A stretch of DNA of 63,810 bases, filler included. It is 7 parts of 7 records of this genome, joined end to end, with 100 filler letters (N's around TTAATTAATTAA, not from the genome) between each part and the next. Parts side by side here need not be neighbours in the genome. Positions count along the whole stretch, not along the records: positions 39,299 to 49,038 come from DRR723986_22431; positions 49,139 to 54,882 come from DRR723986_22432; positions 54,983 to 63,810 come from DRR723986_22452; 4 more parts are not named here. One strand, 5' to 3'. Under the pieces are notes generated by a model. It did no database searches. It was not told the origin of the DNA and saw only the letters and a program-made list of their open reading frames with translations. The translations under genes and the position numbers were made by a program. This document shows positions 47,121 through 57,710 of the stretch, piece by piece. Within the stretch, counting starts at the first letter, position 1, and each line of letters begins with the position of its first letter.

Positions 47121-49038
47121 ATGATGTCACGTAGATCGCAGTTTCGCATAACAGTTCTGACCTTGTTCACTACCTTCATGCTCATGTCTTGTGCTCAACT
47201 GCAGGCACAGTCCCTTACAGTAACTGACAAAAGCTCGTTACAAACTTCACGTATCCTCATGCAAGATGAAGTAAAGATCCAGCATTGGTTTGAAAGACCG
47301 TTTGAAAAGGTGAAAAGTGGACACATTACTTCGCGTAATATTGACTTCTATTCACGTGATACGACCACGATTCAGATTGATAGTTTCAGCGTTTCAGACG
47401 CTGCGAGTTACGACCTCAGAATGTACTCTGACACCAATTATGTGCCATATCAACTAGTTCCCAATGGGGTTTTCCAATGCAGACTAATATTCAGATTATT
47501 GGACCGAGAAATAAAAACACCACTGGCATTTACTGTCACTTTACATACAAATGTCGGTGACTACACAGCAGAGCTTCAGTACCGATTAAATGAATCCATC
47601 AGACTGCTCAATACCTGGCCGGGTCGCCGGCCAGGTATCCCGATGCTGTCTGCCCCGGAAGTATCGCAACATCTGATTGTTGAGAATGACGGTACTCAAG
47701 ACTTTGAAATTCTTTCGATGGAAATGTTTAGCGGAAATGCAGTCCTCAGTATCCCGGAAGACTTTCAGCAAAAAACTCACTCGCTGTCACGCAGAGAATT
47801 AATGCGTATTCCGTTCAATATTAAAAACCCATCAGACAGTATAATTTTTGGCACCTTGCAGCTACAGACCGCAGATGCTAACATTCAGCATAACTTTATT
47901 GTGAATTTAATCGAACCTTCACAGCTTGGCAACTATGACTGGAGACGTGTCATGCCAAGCCCCTATGGCGCCGTGCGTTACACACACGACGGCACACATT
48001 TAATTTATTCGACTTTATATGGAGTTGCAATTCTCATTAATTCAGCGGATGGAAATATTGTCAACCAATTTAGACATCTAGATAAGTTCACATACCAGAC
48101 CAGCATATTTACACCCTATTTACCGCAAGGTCATCCGGGATTCAGCTCAAACGCAAAGCTTTGTGCTCGTGGAGTCCCTCTTGACGATAGTGACACAGCC
48201 CGTACCGCGATCGAAGTCATACAGTTAAGTTCTGGCGAAGTTCTTGATACTATAATTCCAGGGCCTCCTGCATCGCGAGTAGTTCTATCCGAATTTCTTC
48301 CGGGTGATAGTTTACTGGCTATCAGTATATGCAACTCCGAAGAACCAGGCAGCTCAGTTGAGTTAATGGGCCGTTATGGTATCTATTCAATTCCTCAGCA
48401 AAAATGGATCTGGAGCAGCCCAAGCAATAGATGTGCAAAGACTCTCAGTCTATCCTCAACCGGACGATATGTTTCTTTTCAACAATATGACGTAACATAC
48501 TTTTTCGGCACCATCCAGAAAAACCACGAGCTCAAGTACTCGGGGCACATTTATGACCACCAAAGTCAAAGTGTCGAAAACGGTCTCTATGACAACTTCA
48601 TGGCCCAATTCAGTCCAAGTGATGAAAAGCGGATTTATCATATCGGTGACTCAGAATCGTGGCAACTTAACGAAAAGCGATATACAAAAACGGACATCAG
48701 TTTAGTTCCTATTCCAAACAACTATAGCTCTCTTGCATTTCTTCAAGACGAAGAATATGCTGTCTGTAGAGTGGAAGAAGACAGCGAACTGCAGAATCAG
48801 CTTACGGTCATCCATTTGCCTTCAGGCGGAACTATCGTCGGTGAGTGTTTTACAAACTCATCTCCATTCGACAGTTTTACGATTTCACCGGACTTCAAAA
48901 AAATCACCTTCTGGACAAAATCCGGCACAATCTGGCAGGAAGATTTCAAATGTGAGTACGAGCCATATATACCAACTGGTGTTACAGAGTCCTCGACCTC
49001 AAGTATTTCGGGTTTTAGGCTCGCGCCTAACCCGGTAA
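47121..49038 (+). CDS. T9SS-sorted protein (Ig-like plus propeller-like), 3'-truncated
   Basis: Signal peptide; YTHDG, FSPSD, ISPD motifs; ends TGVTE...RLAPNPV at the start of a CTD. Confidence 0.7.
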
Positions 49039-49138
49039 NNNNNNNNNNNNNNNNNNNNNNNNNNNNNNNNNNNNNNNNNNNNTTAATTAATTAANNNNNN
49101 NNNNNNNNNNNNNNNNNNNNNNNNNNNNNNNNNNNNNN
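49039..49138. other. Artificial contig spacer
   Basis: N44-TTAATTAATTAA-N44. Confidence 0.98.
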
Positions 49139-49917
49139 CCTTCGCTGCGCTTGGCCATTTCCTTTTTGGCAAGCTGCCCTTGCTGGCTTTCGCTGAAGAG
49201 TTCGAATTTGATCTGATCAGGCTCTAATCCGTGGGATTTTAGCGCATCCGAGATCGCCAGCATCATCGGCTCAGGGCCGCAGATGAACGCTGTATCAACG
49301 GATTTGACGTCGATCCAATGTTTGAAGAGCTGGGCGCATTTGTCCTGATCTACACGTCCGGTGAACAGGTCAATATCCTGCCCGGATTCCAGCATGTGGA
49401 TCACATTGAATCGGCCCATGAAGTGGTTCTTGAGATCTTCAAGTTCCTCGCGGAACATGATCGTGTTTACGGCGCGGTTGGCATAGACCAGCGTGAAGGT
49501 GGATTGTGGCTCGCGCATCAGGACGGTTTTGAGGATCGACAGCACCGGCGTGATCCCGGAGCCGCCAGCAAAACCGAGGTAGTTCTTGCCGATATCAGGC
49601 TCTATTACGGTGAAAAACTTGCCCTGCGGCGGCATTGCATGCAGACGGTCGCCGACCTTGAGTTCCGTATTTGCAAAGGTGGAAAAGGCGCCGCCATCGA
49701 CCCGTTTGATGCCAACCTGCAATTTTCCATCGTCCAGTCCGGCACAAATGGAATAATTCCGGCGCAGCTCTGTGCCGTTGAAATCCTGTTTGAACGTCAG
49801 GTACTGCCCTTGGGTAAAATCAAAGGCATCGGGGTTTTCTGGCTCCAGTGTCAGAACCACCGCATCGCGGATCGTGTGGTGAATATCAGTCACTGTTAAG
49901 GGGTGAAACTGGCTCAT
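49139..49917 (-). CDS. paaE: Phenylacetyl-CoA epoxidase reductase subunit, 3'-truncated
   Basis: GQYLT, RRNYSIC, GGSGITP, FICGPEPM, FELF; operon position. Confidence 0.92.
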
Positions 49918-49930
49918 GATACGCTAGGCC

Positions 49931-50398
49931 TCATATGCATTTGAAATAATCGAAAGGCTCAAGGCAGCTTTGACAGCGCCACTGTGCCTTACATGGGGTG
50001 GAGCCGAACTGGCTGATGCGTTCGACTTTGGCGGATTTGCATCGCGGGCAATGCTGCGGTCCACCGGCGGGCCGGGGTGGGGCAATGCCGTAGTCTTCCA
50101 GCTTTGCCTTGCCGCTTTCAGACAGCCAATCGGTTGTCCATGCAGGCGACAATTGCCTTTTTAGAGACAGTTTTTCGATCCCTTTGGCCCGCAGCGCGGT
50201 TTCGATATCCAGATTAATGATGCTCGTCGCCGGGCAGCCCGAATAGGTCGGCGTGACCGTTACTTCAAGCGTATCGCCTTGCCACTGCACATCACGGATG
50301 ATGCCCAGATCGATCAGGGAGATGACCGGGATCTCTGGATCAGGAACGGCATCGAGCCAGCCCCAAACAGTCTCTAATGTGGGCTTTTCTTCTACCAT
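49931..50398 (-). CDS. paaD: Phenylacetyl-CoA epoxidase subunit D
   Basis: VPDPEIPVIS, TPTYSGCPA, CPRC, FGSTPCKA, EPFDYFKCI. Confidence 0.95.
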   Translation of the reverse strand: MVEEKPTLETVWGWLDAVPDPEIPVISLIDLGIIRDVQWQGDTLEVTVTPTYSGCPATSIINLDIETALRAKGIEKLSLKRQLSPAWTTDWLSESGKAKLEDYGIAPPRPAGGPQHCPRCKSAKVERISQFGSTPCKAQWRCQSCLEPFDYFKCI

Positions 50399-51147
50399 GT
50401 CGCGTCTGGATAGGCCCGTTGAAGCCACTGCATTTCGGTCAGCATGTGACCTAGGTGTTCTGTATGCCGCGCACCTGTCTTGCCACCTTGATGGGCAAAG
50501 TCACTGTCTGGGCGGGTCAGCGTTGCCTCAGCCAAAACGGCATTTACCGCAGTGTCATATTCTTCGCGCAGGCTGGTTGGTTCAGGGGCGATCCCCTTGG
50601 CGGACAAGGCCTGATCCACCTCATCAGAAACAAACAACTCGCCCACATAGGGCCAAAGACGATCAAGCGCTTTTTGCATGCGCTGATGGCTTTCTTCCGT
50701 GCCGTCACCGAGACCGATCACCGTGTCACCGGACCGTTCAACATGGTAGGTGACCTCTTTCACCGCTTTCTCGGCGATGGCTGCGATCTGCGCATTGCTG
50801 GACCCCTTCAAGGCCTTGAGTTGCAGCAGGTGCCAGGCGTCAAACAGGTATTGCCGCATCATGGTCTGACCAAAATCGCCATTGGGCTGTTCAGCCAGAA
50901 GGACATTGCGGAAATCCCAAACATCGCGGCGGAACGCCAGTGTATCGGCGTCTCGGCCTTTGCCTTCGACTTCGCCAGCGAGGCCCAGCCAAAGCTGGGT
51001 TTGGCCGATAAGATCAAGCGCAGTATTGGCCAGCGCAATGTCCTCTTCGAGAACCGGCGCGACGCCGCACCATTCTGATACGCGATGACTGAGAACGAGG
51101 GTATTGTCCCCCATCCGGCAGAGATATTCGAACAACGGGTCGGTCAC
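50392..51147 (-). CDS. paaC: Phenylacetyl-CoA epoxidase subunit C
   Basis: EWCG.AP.LEEDIALANTALDLIGQ, KEVTYH, HTEHLGHML.EMQ.LQRAYP. Confidence 0.96.
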   Translation of the reverse strand: MTDPLFEYLCRMGDNTLVLSHRVSEWCGVAPVLEEDIALANTALDLIGQTQLWLGLAGEVEGKGRDADTLAFRRDVWDFRNVLLAEQPNGDFGQTMMRQYLFDAWHLLQLKALKGSSNAQIAAIAEKAVKEVTYHVERSGDTVIGLGDGTEESHQRMQKALDRLWPYVGELFVSDEVDQALSAKGIAPEPTSLREEYDTAVNAVLAEATLTRPDSDFAHQGGKTGARHTEHLGHMLTEMQWLQRAYPDATW

Positions 51148-51488
51148 ATCGCACCTACTTCTTCTGGGATGTCAAAGAACGTCGGGTGGCGGTACACCTT
51201 GGCGTTGGATGGCTCATAAAGCGATCCTTTTTCCTCGGGGGAGGACGCGGCGATGTTGTCTGCCTCGACGGCCCAGATGCTGACGCCCTCATTGCGGCGT
51301 GTGTAAACATCGCGGGCGTTCTTGATCGCCATCTCGGCGTCGGGCGCATGCAGACTGCCAACATGACGATGGCTCAATCCGTGCTGGCCGCGAATGAAAA
51401 TTTCCCACAACGGCCATTCGTTGTGACGCGCGGGACCGTGATCTGCGGCTTCTGTACCTTTGTAGGGGCTGGTTTCTGGGCTGCTCAT
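51144..51488 (-). CDS. paaB: Phenylacetyl-CoA epoxidase subunit B
   Basis: WPLWEIFIR, HVGSLHA, ARDVYTRRNEGVSIW, YRHPTFF. Confidence 0.95.
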   Translation of the reverse strand: MSSPETSPYKGTEAADHGPARHNEWPLWEIFIRGQHGLSHRHVGSLHAPDAEMAIKNARDVYTRRNEGVSIWAVEADNIAASSPEEKGSLYEPSNAKVYRHPTFFDIPEEVGAM

Positions 51489-51492
51489 GATC

Positions 51493-52485
51493 TTACTCCG
51501 CTGCGAGATGTGTTGCTTTTTTCTTGGCGGCATGGGCCAACAGGCCTTCGCGCACCCAACGTCCGTCATCCCAGGCTTTGTTGCGGGCCTCCAGGCGCTC
51601 GACGTTGCAGGGGCCGTTGCCCTTGAGCACGTCAAAGAATTCGTTCCAGTCCGGCTGACTGAAATCCCAATGGCCGGTCTCTTCGTTGAACTTCAGATCG
51701 TCGTCTGGAACGGTCAGGCCAAGGTAATGGGCTTGCGGAACGGTCTGATCAACGAACTTCTGGCGCAGCTCATCGTTGGTGTTCACCTTGATCTTCCAGG
51801 CCATGGATTGCGCGGAATGCACGGATTCAGCGTCGGAGGGGCCGAACATCATCAGAGAAGGATACCAGAACCGGTTGAGCGCATCCTGCGCCATCTTGCG
51901 TTGTGCTTCGGTGCCTTGGGCCATCTTCATCATGATGTCGTAGCCCTGACGCTGGTGGAAAGATTCCTCTTTGCAGATCCGAACCATCGCGCGGGCGTAG
52001 GGGCCATAGGATGTCCGTTGGAGAGGCACCTGATTCATGATCGCCGCGCCATCGACCAACCAACCGACCGCACCCATATCTGCCCAGGTTAGGGTCGGAT
52101 AATTGAAGATGGAGGAGTATTTCATCTTGCCCGACAGCAAGTCGCGGGTCAGTTGATCGCGGCTGACACCGAGCGTTTCAGCGGCACAATAGAGGTACAG
52201 ACCATGGCCTGCTTCATCCTGCACTTTGGCCAGCAGGATCGCCTTGCGTTCCAGCGTTGGTGCGCGGGTGATCCAGTTGCCTTCGGGCAATTGGCCGACA
52301 ATTTCGGAATGCGCATGTTGGCCTATTTGGCGGATTAGGGTCTTGCGATAGCCATCCGGCATCCAGTCCTTTGGCTCAATCTTGCCACCCGCATTGATCC
52401 GCTCCTGAAAGGCGCGCTCATCCGGGTCCATGTCTTCGAGGGATTTCACACCCTCGCCGGTCGACTTGATCATCTGTGCATACAT
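51493..52485 (-). CDS. paaA: Phenylacetyl-CoA epoxidase subunit A
   Basis: [35 protein letters not shown]. Confidence 0.97.
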   Translation of the reverse strand: MYAQMIKSTGEGVKSLEDMDPDERAFQERINAGGKIEPKDWMPDGYRKTLIRQIGQHAHSEIVGQLPEGNWITRAPTLERKAILLAKVQDEAGHGLYLYCAAETLGVSRDQLTRDLLSGKMKYSSIFNYPTLTWADMGAVGWLVDGAAIMNQVPLQRTSYGPYARAMVRICKEESFHQRQGYDIMMKMAQGTEAQRKMAQDALNRFWYPSLMMFGPSDAESVHSAQSMAWKIKVNTNDELRQKFVDQTVPQAHYLGLTVPDDDLKFNEETGHWDFSQPDWNEFFDVLKGNGPCNVERLEARNKAWDDGRWVREGLLAHAAKKKATHLAAE

Positions 52486-52488
52486 CGT

Positions 52489-53691
52489 TCAGGTCCTTTC
52501 AAGAAGTAGGGCAACGCCTTGGCCAACGCCCACGCACATAGTGCAAAGCGCATAGCGGCCTTGAGTTCGCTTCAATTGTAGAGCGGCGGTCATCACCAAC
52601 CGCGCACCGGACATGCCCAAGGGGTGACCGATAGCGATGGCACCGCCATTGGCATTCACATGCGGTGCATCATCCGGCACGCCCAAGGCCCGCAGGGTTG
52701 CAATGCCTTGGCTGGCGAATGCTTCGTTCAGTTCAATCACGTCCATTTGGTCGATGGTCAGCCCAGCGCGGTTCAACACCTTTTGGCAGGCCGGGATTGG
52801 ACCGATGCCCATCACGCGAGGTTCGACCCCGGCGGCAGACATCGCAACGACACGCGCGATTGGTGTTAGGTTGTGCTCTTGGGCCGCCTGTTCAGAGGCA
52901 ATGAGCATCGCAGCCGCACCGTCATTCACACCGGAGGCATTGCCAGCGGTCACGGTCAGATCCGGCCCATTGATGCCGCGCAGTTTTCCCAGCTTTTCGG
53001 CGGTTGTGCCGGGGCGCGGGTGTTCATCGCGGTTCACGACAATGGCGTCGCCCTTACGCTGTGGAATGGTAACGGGCGTGATCTCCTCAGCAAATACGCC
53101 GGCAGCATCTGCAGCGGCCCAACGTTCCTGACTGCGCTGGGCAAAGGCGTCTTGATCGGCGCGGCTTACGTCGTGGTCTTCGGCGACGTTGTCGGCGGTC
53201 TGCGGCATGGAATCCACGCCAAACTGCGCTTTCATCTTTGGATTAACAAAGCGCCAGCCAATGGTGGTGTCATAGACCGCATTGCCGCGGGAAAAGGCGG
53301 TCTCGGCTTTGGGCATCACGAAAGGGGCCCGTGTCATGCTTTCCACGCCACCCGCGATGGCCAGATCCATATCACCTGCACGAATGGCACGGGCGGCCGT
53401 TCCGACAGCGTCCATGCCAGAGGCACAGAGCCTGTTAATTGTGGCACCGGGCACATCCACCGGCAGCCCCGCCAACAAGGACGCCATACGCGCCACGTTC
53501 CGGTTATCTTCGCCCGCCTGATTGGCGCAGCCATAGATAACGTCGTCAACTTTGGCCCAATCCACTTGTGGATTGCGGGCCATCAATGCCGCGATCGGTA
53601 CAGCCGCCAGATCATCCGCCCTGACAGAGGCCAAAGCCCCGCCGAACCGACCGATTGGTGTACGCTGCGCGTCACAGATAAATGCCTGCAT
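52489..53691 (-). CDS. paaJ: 3-oxoadipyl-CoA thiolase (PaaJ/PcaF)
   Basis: GCANQAGEDNRNVAR, NRLCASG, NEAFA, GHPLG, CVGVGQG; heads the paa operon. Confidence 0.92.
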   Translation of the reverse strand: MQAFICDAQRTPIGRFGGALASVRADDLAAVPIAALMARNPQVDWAKVDDVIYGCANQAGEDNRNVARMASLLAGLPVDVPGATINRLCASGMDAVGTAARAIRAGDMDLAIAGGVESMTRAPFVMPKAETAFSRGNAVYDTTIGWRFVNPKMKAQFGVDSMPQTADNVAEDHDVSRADQDAFAQRSQERWAAADAAGVFAEEITPVTIPQRKGDAIVVNRDEHPRPGTTAEKLGKLRGINGPDLTVTAGNASGVNDGAAAMLIASEQAAQEHNLTPIARVVAMSAAGVEPRVMGIGPIPACQKVLNRAGLTIDQMDVIELNEAFASQGIATLRALGVPDDAPHVNANGGAIAIGHPLGMSGARLVMTAALQLKRTQGRYALCTMCVGVGQGVALLLERT

Positions 53692-53883
53692 GAATCACTC
53701 CCTTTGACGGGTAAGCCTAGGTGATCCGATTCCGCCAAACAAGAAAAATGTTACTAAGTTTTGAAGGCGACTGTTTATCGGTAACGCTTTTGGGGTGAAG
53801 CATCGCCAAACCTGCAAGCAGCCAGCAGGGTGCATTTCAATTTAGATGTTATTTCATAATAGCTTAACGACAGATCCGTGTGA

Positions 53884-54660
53884 TCAGGTCAAAAGCTCTT
53901 CTAGCCGGTGCGCACCTGCGCGCAATATCTCGATAAAGCCGATAAGATCATCCAGATCGTGGCGTTGGATCGGCGCGTGAATAGAAAGTGTCGTCAGCAA
54001 CCGGCCCTGCGTGTCGCAGATCGGTACGGCAATCGCGGCCATGCCTTCCATAAATTCCTGATTGTCGGTGGAGAAGCCTCGCTCGCGGATTTTGGCGATA
54101 TCCACCAACAGATCATCTGGATCCACGATAGAACTCGGGGTCTTTTGTTCCAAGGGCATGGATTGCAGCAAACGCCGCAATTTGTCCTGACGCATGGATG
54201 ACAGGTACATCTTTCCGCTGGCCGTGCAATGAAACGGAACCCGCGTGCCAACAGGCAGTTGGATCCGCAGGGGCCAATGGGTTTCGACGCGGTCCAGATA
54301 GACCATGCCATAGCGCCCCGGCGCAGCGAGGTTGCAGGTTTCGCCCACATCCTCGGCCAGTTTCTTGAGCACGATCAGACGTTCGGTGCGCACCCGTTGA
54401 GATGACAATGTATTGGCAGACAGCACACGCAGCCGGGCGCCGGGCCCAAAGGACCGACCGTCAAGATCGCGTTGCAGAAACCCTTCCTCTTCGGCCGTTG
54501 CCAGAAGCCGGTGAATTGTGGGCTTGGGCAGGTCAAGTGCGGCGCTCAATGCGCGCGGCGAGACCGGCGCACCCTCCTTTGCAATTTGCTCAAGAATCTT
54601 CAGCAGACGCAAATTGGTCGGGATCTGCCCTTTGGCACTCTCTGACGGGTTGTTGGGCAT
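53884..54660 (-). CDS. IclR family transcriptional regulator
   Basis: HTH LPKPTIHRLL; GETCNL, P.HCTASGK, GFS.D..EF..G..AIAVP. Confidence 0.93.
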   Translation of the reverse strand: MPNNPSESAKGQIPTNLRLLKILEQIAKEGAPVSPRALSAALDLPKPTIHRLLATAEEEGFLQRDLDGRSFGPGARLRVLSANTLSSQRVRTERLIVLKKLAEDVGETCNLAAPGRYGMVYLDRVETHWPLRIQLPVGTRVPFHCTASGKMYLSSMRQDKLRRLLQSMPLEQKTPSSIVDPDDLLVDIAKIRERGFSTDNQEFMEGMAAIAVPICDTQGRLLTTLSIHAPIQRHDLDDLIGFIEILRAGAHRLEELLT

Positions 54661-54857
54661 CGGTTTCCTTTACCTGTCTGGAACGAGCCATAGGGCAAGG
54701 TCACGTGTCAGAGCAACCACAATCCAGATCACGATGTGGCAAATAACAGAGAAGTAGACCGGATTAACCGCAACCGAGTCGCACAAGTGGCAATGGTCCA
54801 GCGCCATCGTCTAGCGCCGCTAAGGGTTCCAAGTCTTGAAAAACTTTTCGGAGAATT

Positions 54858-54882
54858 TGGTGCCCAGGAGAGGACTCGAACC
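54858..54882 (-). tRNA. tRNA 3' fragment, probably tRNA-Leu
   Basis: Minus strand GGTTCGAGTCCTCTCCTGGGCACCA is a T-arm, acceptor strand and CCA, like alphaproteobacterial tRNA-Leu starting GCCCAGG; anticodon not visible. Confidence 0.8.
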
Positions 54883-54982
54883 NNNNNNNNNNNNNNNNNN
54901 NNNNNNNNNNNNNNNNNNNNNNNNNNTTAATTAATTAANNNNNNNNNNNNNNNNNNNNNNNNNNNNNNNNNNNNNNNNNNNN
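54883..54982. other. Artificial contig spacer
   Basis: N44-TTAATTAATTAA-N44. Confidence 0.98.
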
Positions 54983-55107
54983 GGAAAGTGCAACTGACAG
55001 CGCAGCTCAAGCCGCTCAGAAATCGTGTGTGCAGCCCGGCAATTTCACAGAATAACTGCTATATTTGTTCGCAAAACATTGTTGAAAATTAACAAAACGG
55101 CGTCCAC

Positions 55108-55467
55108 ATGCACAAAGTTAACATAGCCGCCAAAGGCCAATTGTTTAAGGAATCCTGGCAGCCCAAAATAATTGCTGAACTTAACGGACAATATGTTAAA
55201 CTCGCCAAGTTCAAAGGTGAGTTTGGCTGGCATAAACATGAGCACGAAGATGAGATGTTTCAGGTCGTGGAAGGTTCGATTGAAATTCGTCTGCGGGAAC
55301 AGACAATCAGACTTGATGCCGGTGAATTTCTGGTGGTTCCGCGCGGCGTGGAGCACAATCCCTATGCGGAAAACGAAGCGCTCGTGATGCTGTTTGAGCC
55401 CGCCGCCACGCTAAATACCGGCGATACGGTCACCGATAAAACGGTTGAGAAGCTGGAAAGACTTTAA
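55108..55467 (+). CDS. Cupin domain protein
   Basis: GEFGWHKHEHEDEMF, GEFLVVPRGVEH, TLNTG. Confidence 0.92.
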   Translation: MHKVNIAAKGQLFKESWQPKIIAELNGQYVKLAKFKGEFGWHKHEHEDEMFQVVEGSIEIRLREQTIRLDAGEFLVVPRGVEHNPYAENEALVMLFEPAATLNTGDTVTDKTVEKLERL

Positions 55468-56159
55468 GCAACAAGTTCACCAAACAGGTCGGTGGTATAT
55501 TCCGCAGCCAGCTCGCTTGTTTTGTCAGCGACTTTTGTGTCCTTTTGACCCGCAGTTTTTTTGTCAGTTTCGCTCGTGGGTGCGTCTGCCTGCGAATCAT
55601 CCAGCAGGAGCTTTTCAATTTGTTTGAGCGACTCCTTGAATGGCCGCGTTGAATCAATACCGCGTGACATAACAAGACCGCCCTGAAAAAGCATTACTAC
55701 TTCGCGTGCCAAATTCTCGTTGTTGCGATCGGGATTGAGGGCCGTCGCCAGGATCGTTATGGCCGAGACCAGTTCTTTAAGGTTGGCTTGAATCTGTTTG
55801 GAGAAGAGGCCTTTTTCCTGGAACGGCGGCGCAAAAATGTTGAGAATGCATGAATTTTTACCGCCATCGTAGACCTCGTTGAGCTGTTTCGTCAGGATCT
55901 TGGCGCGCTTGCGTGGCTCGATATTTTCATCTTGCAGCGGCTCGATGATTGTAGTGCGGATCTGACCCTCAAAGCAGGTCAGAACAGCCTGTGCCATTTC
56001 TTCCTTGCCACCGGGGAAGCGGTGATAAAGACTGGCGCGCTGCAGGTTTGTAGCCTTGGAGAGAATCGACATCGAAGCGCCTTCATATCCGTAGCGCCTG
56101 AAGACGGCTGAGAGTTTGTCGGTCAGTTCCTGCGCCGACAGTTGTGGGGTTCTTGCCAC
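55464..56159 (-). CDS. TetR/AcrR family regulator (LmrA/YxaF-like)
   Basis: FRRYGYEGASM, ASLYHRFPGGKEEM; AAGGAG RBS before GTG. Confidence 0.92.
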   Translation of the reverse strand: MARTPQLSAQELTDKLSAVFRRYGYEGASMSILSKATNLQRASLYHRFPGGKEEMAQAVLTCFEGQIRTTIIEPLQDENIEPRKRAKILTKQLNEVYDGGKNSCILNIFAPPFQEKGLFSKQIQANLKELVSAITILATALNPDRNNENLAREVVMLFQGGLVMSRGIDSTRPFKESLKQIEKLLLDDSQADAPTSETDKKTAGQKDTKVADKTSELAAEYTTDLFGELVA

Positions 56160-56177
56160 TGCAAATGCTCCTTGCTA

Positions 56178-56197
56178 AACAGAACGTTCGTTCAGCA
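56178..56197. promoter_or_regulatory. Probable TetR operator, degenerate copy
   Basis: AACAGAACGTTCGTTCAGCA, 15 of 20 identical to 56275-56294, just upstream of tetR. Confidence 0.6.
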
Positions 56198-56274
56198 ATA
56201 TAGCATTTCCGCATTTAATGGAGCGCGGGAAAATCGCCGGGAGAGCCGGTGAGGGCAAGCGGAAACTACAGAAA

Positions 56275-56294
56275 TACCGAACGCTCGTTCGGTA
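56275..56294. promoter_or_regulatory. Probable TetR operator, perfect palindrome
   Basis: TACCGAACG-CT-CGTTCGGTA with 9-bp arms. Confidence 0.7.
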
Positions 56295-56298
56295 CAAG

Positions 56299-57372
56299 TC
56301 AAAAACGTTGGATGCGATAGACGCGAATGTCGCGCGCTTGATTGGCAGTTATGAGCAATTCTCCTGAAGGCGAAAACTGGAGCTCACTAATACGGGACAG
56401 CGGCGCTTCTATCTCTGCGATTACTGCTCCATCGTCGGCGCGGTAGATCCGTATTATCGTGAAATCAGCGACTCGGGCGCTGGCAGCCGCAAACAGCGCG
56501 CCGTCGCGCGTACTGGCGACAGCGCTGACCGGGACTGTTGGGGCGTTGGGGATTCGACCTATATCCGCAAAAGCCGGCAGGACGGTCATACCGAAATAAC
56601 CACTTGGACGACTGGAGACAAATTGACCGTTACTGACAAAGGTGTTTTTTGAGCCGCTAATATCGGGGTCGAAACTCTTGACTTCTGCGGCGCTGGGGTT
56701 TTCAGAAGAGAATTGCTCAAACACAAGGAATGCGCCATCAGTTATTGCCAGCCACTGTGAGTTGGGCGTCCAGGCCATGTTGCGCTCAAAAACGTTGCTG
56801 TAGACCGGGATTTCCAAGCTTTGAGAAAAACGCAAAGTGCCGGCATCGTAGAGGTGGATCAAGTCTTTTGTATTGGTTAAAGCAATGATTTTACCATTGG
56901 GACTGATCGTTAGGCCGTGAAATTTGTCGTACCCAATTCCAATCTCACTACTGCGGATTTCCTCACCTGTCTGCGGATTCCACTCCGTTAAGACATGTCT
57001 GCGGTATGATCTGAATGGCGTATAGGCACCACGACCAATTACTGTTCCCATGGGATGAAAGCGTGCATACAGGAAGTCTTCGTCGCGTACACCTGTGGGC
57101 CGGGACAGCTTGAGGTCGCGAAGGTGGCTCGCATCACTGAGTCGCCAGAGCCGCGGAAGCAATACTTTGTCAAAGTCAGGGATATTGCGTTCATCAGCCT
57201 GGGTTGTGACGATCATCGTTCCATCGGGGCTGACATCTACACGATTTCCCGCTTCGGCTATAGTGTAGAGAAGCTCTGCCGAGCCGACCGGTCTTATATC
57301 GTCGTTGTCATCACAAGCAGTCATGCCGCCTGCAAGGATCAGCAGAGTCAGCAGGATTGATAGTCTGTGCAC
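56299..57372 (-). CDS. WD40-like beta-propeller lipoprotein
   Basis: Lipobox MTAC; VSPDG, ISPNG, WTPNS, FSPSG blade motifs. Confidence 0.8.
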   Translation of the reverse strand: MHRLSILLTLLILAGGMTACDDNDDIRPVGSAELLYTIAEAGNRVDVSPDGTMIVTTQADERNIPDFDKVLLPRLWRLSDASHLRDLKLSRPTGVRDEDFLYARFHPMGTVIGRGAYTPFRSYRRHVLTEWNPQTGEEIRSSEIGIGYDKFHGLTISPNGKIIALTNTKDLIHLYDAGTLRFSQSLEIPVYSNVFERNMAWTPNSQWLAITDGAFLVFEQFSSENPSAAEVKSFDPDISGSKNTFVSNGQFVSSRPSGYFGMTVLPAFADIGRIPNAPTVPVSAVASTRDGALFAAASARVADFTIIRIYRADDGAVIAEIEAPLSRISELQFSPSGELLITANQARDIRVYRIQRF

Positions 57373-57710
57373 GCGTTCTCCTGATTGCGCCGGGAAGTTC
57401 TACGATTGTGTTTGACAAATATAGTGGAATATATTGCAAGAATAATAGGTGCTGATTTTTCCATAGTAAGAGTTCTGCTGGTTTGATGTAAATTGAGTTG
57501 ATGCAAACTATAGTCGGCGATTATCGTGAAAATGCGGGAGTGCGGCGTTTGGATGCCACTACTGCAGTGTAAAACGCGGATTGTCTCCAAATTCAGGTCC
57601 CAGAGAACTGGATCATTAAGTAGTTTGCATGTGATAATTTACAGCCTAAGTTTAGAGCATGTTTTTCTGCAAAAACGTGATGTATACCGCAGATTAAAGG
57701 ATCTATTACA

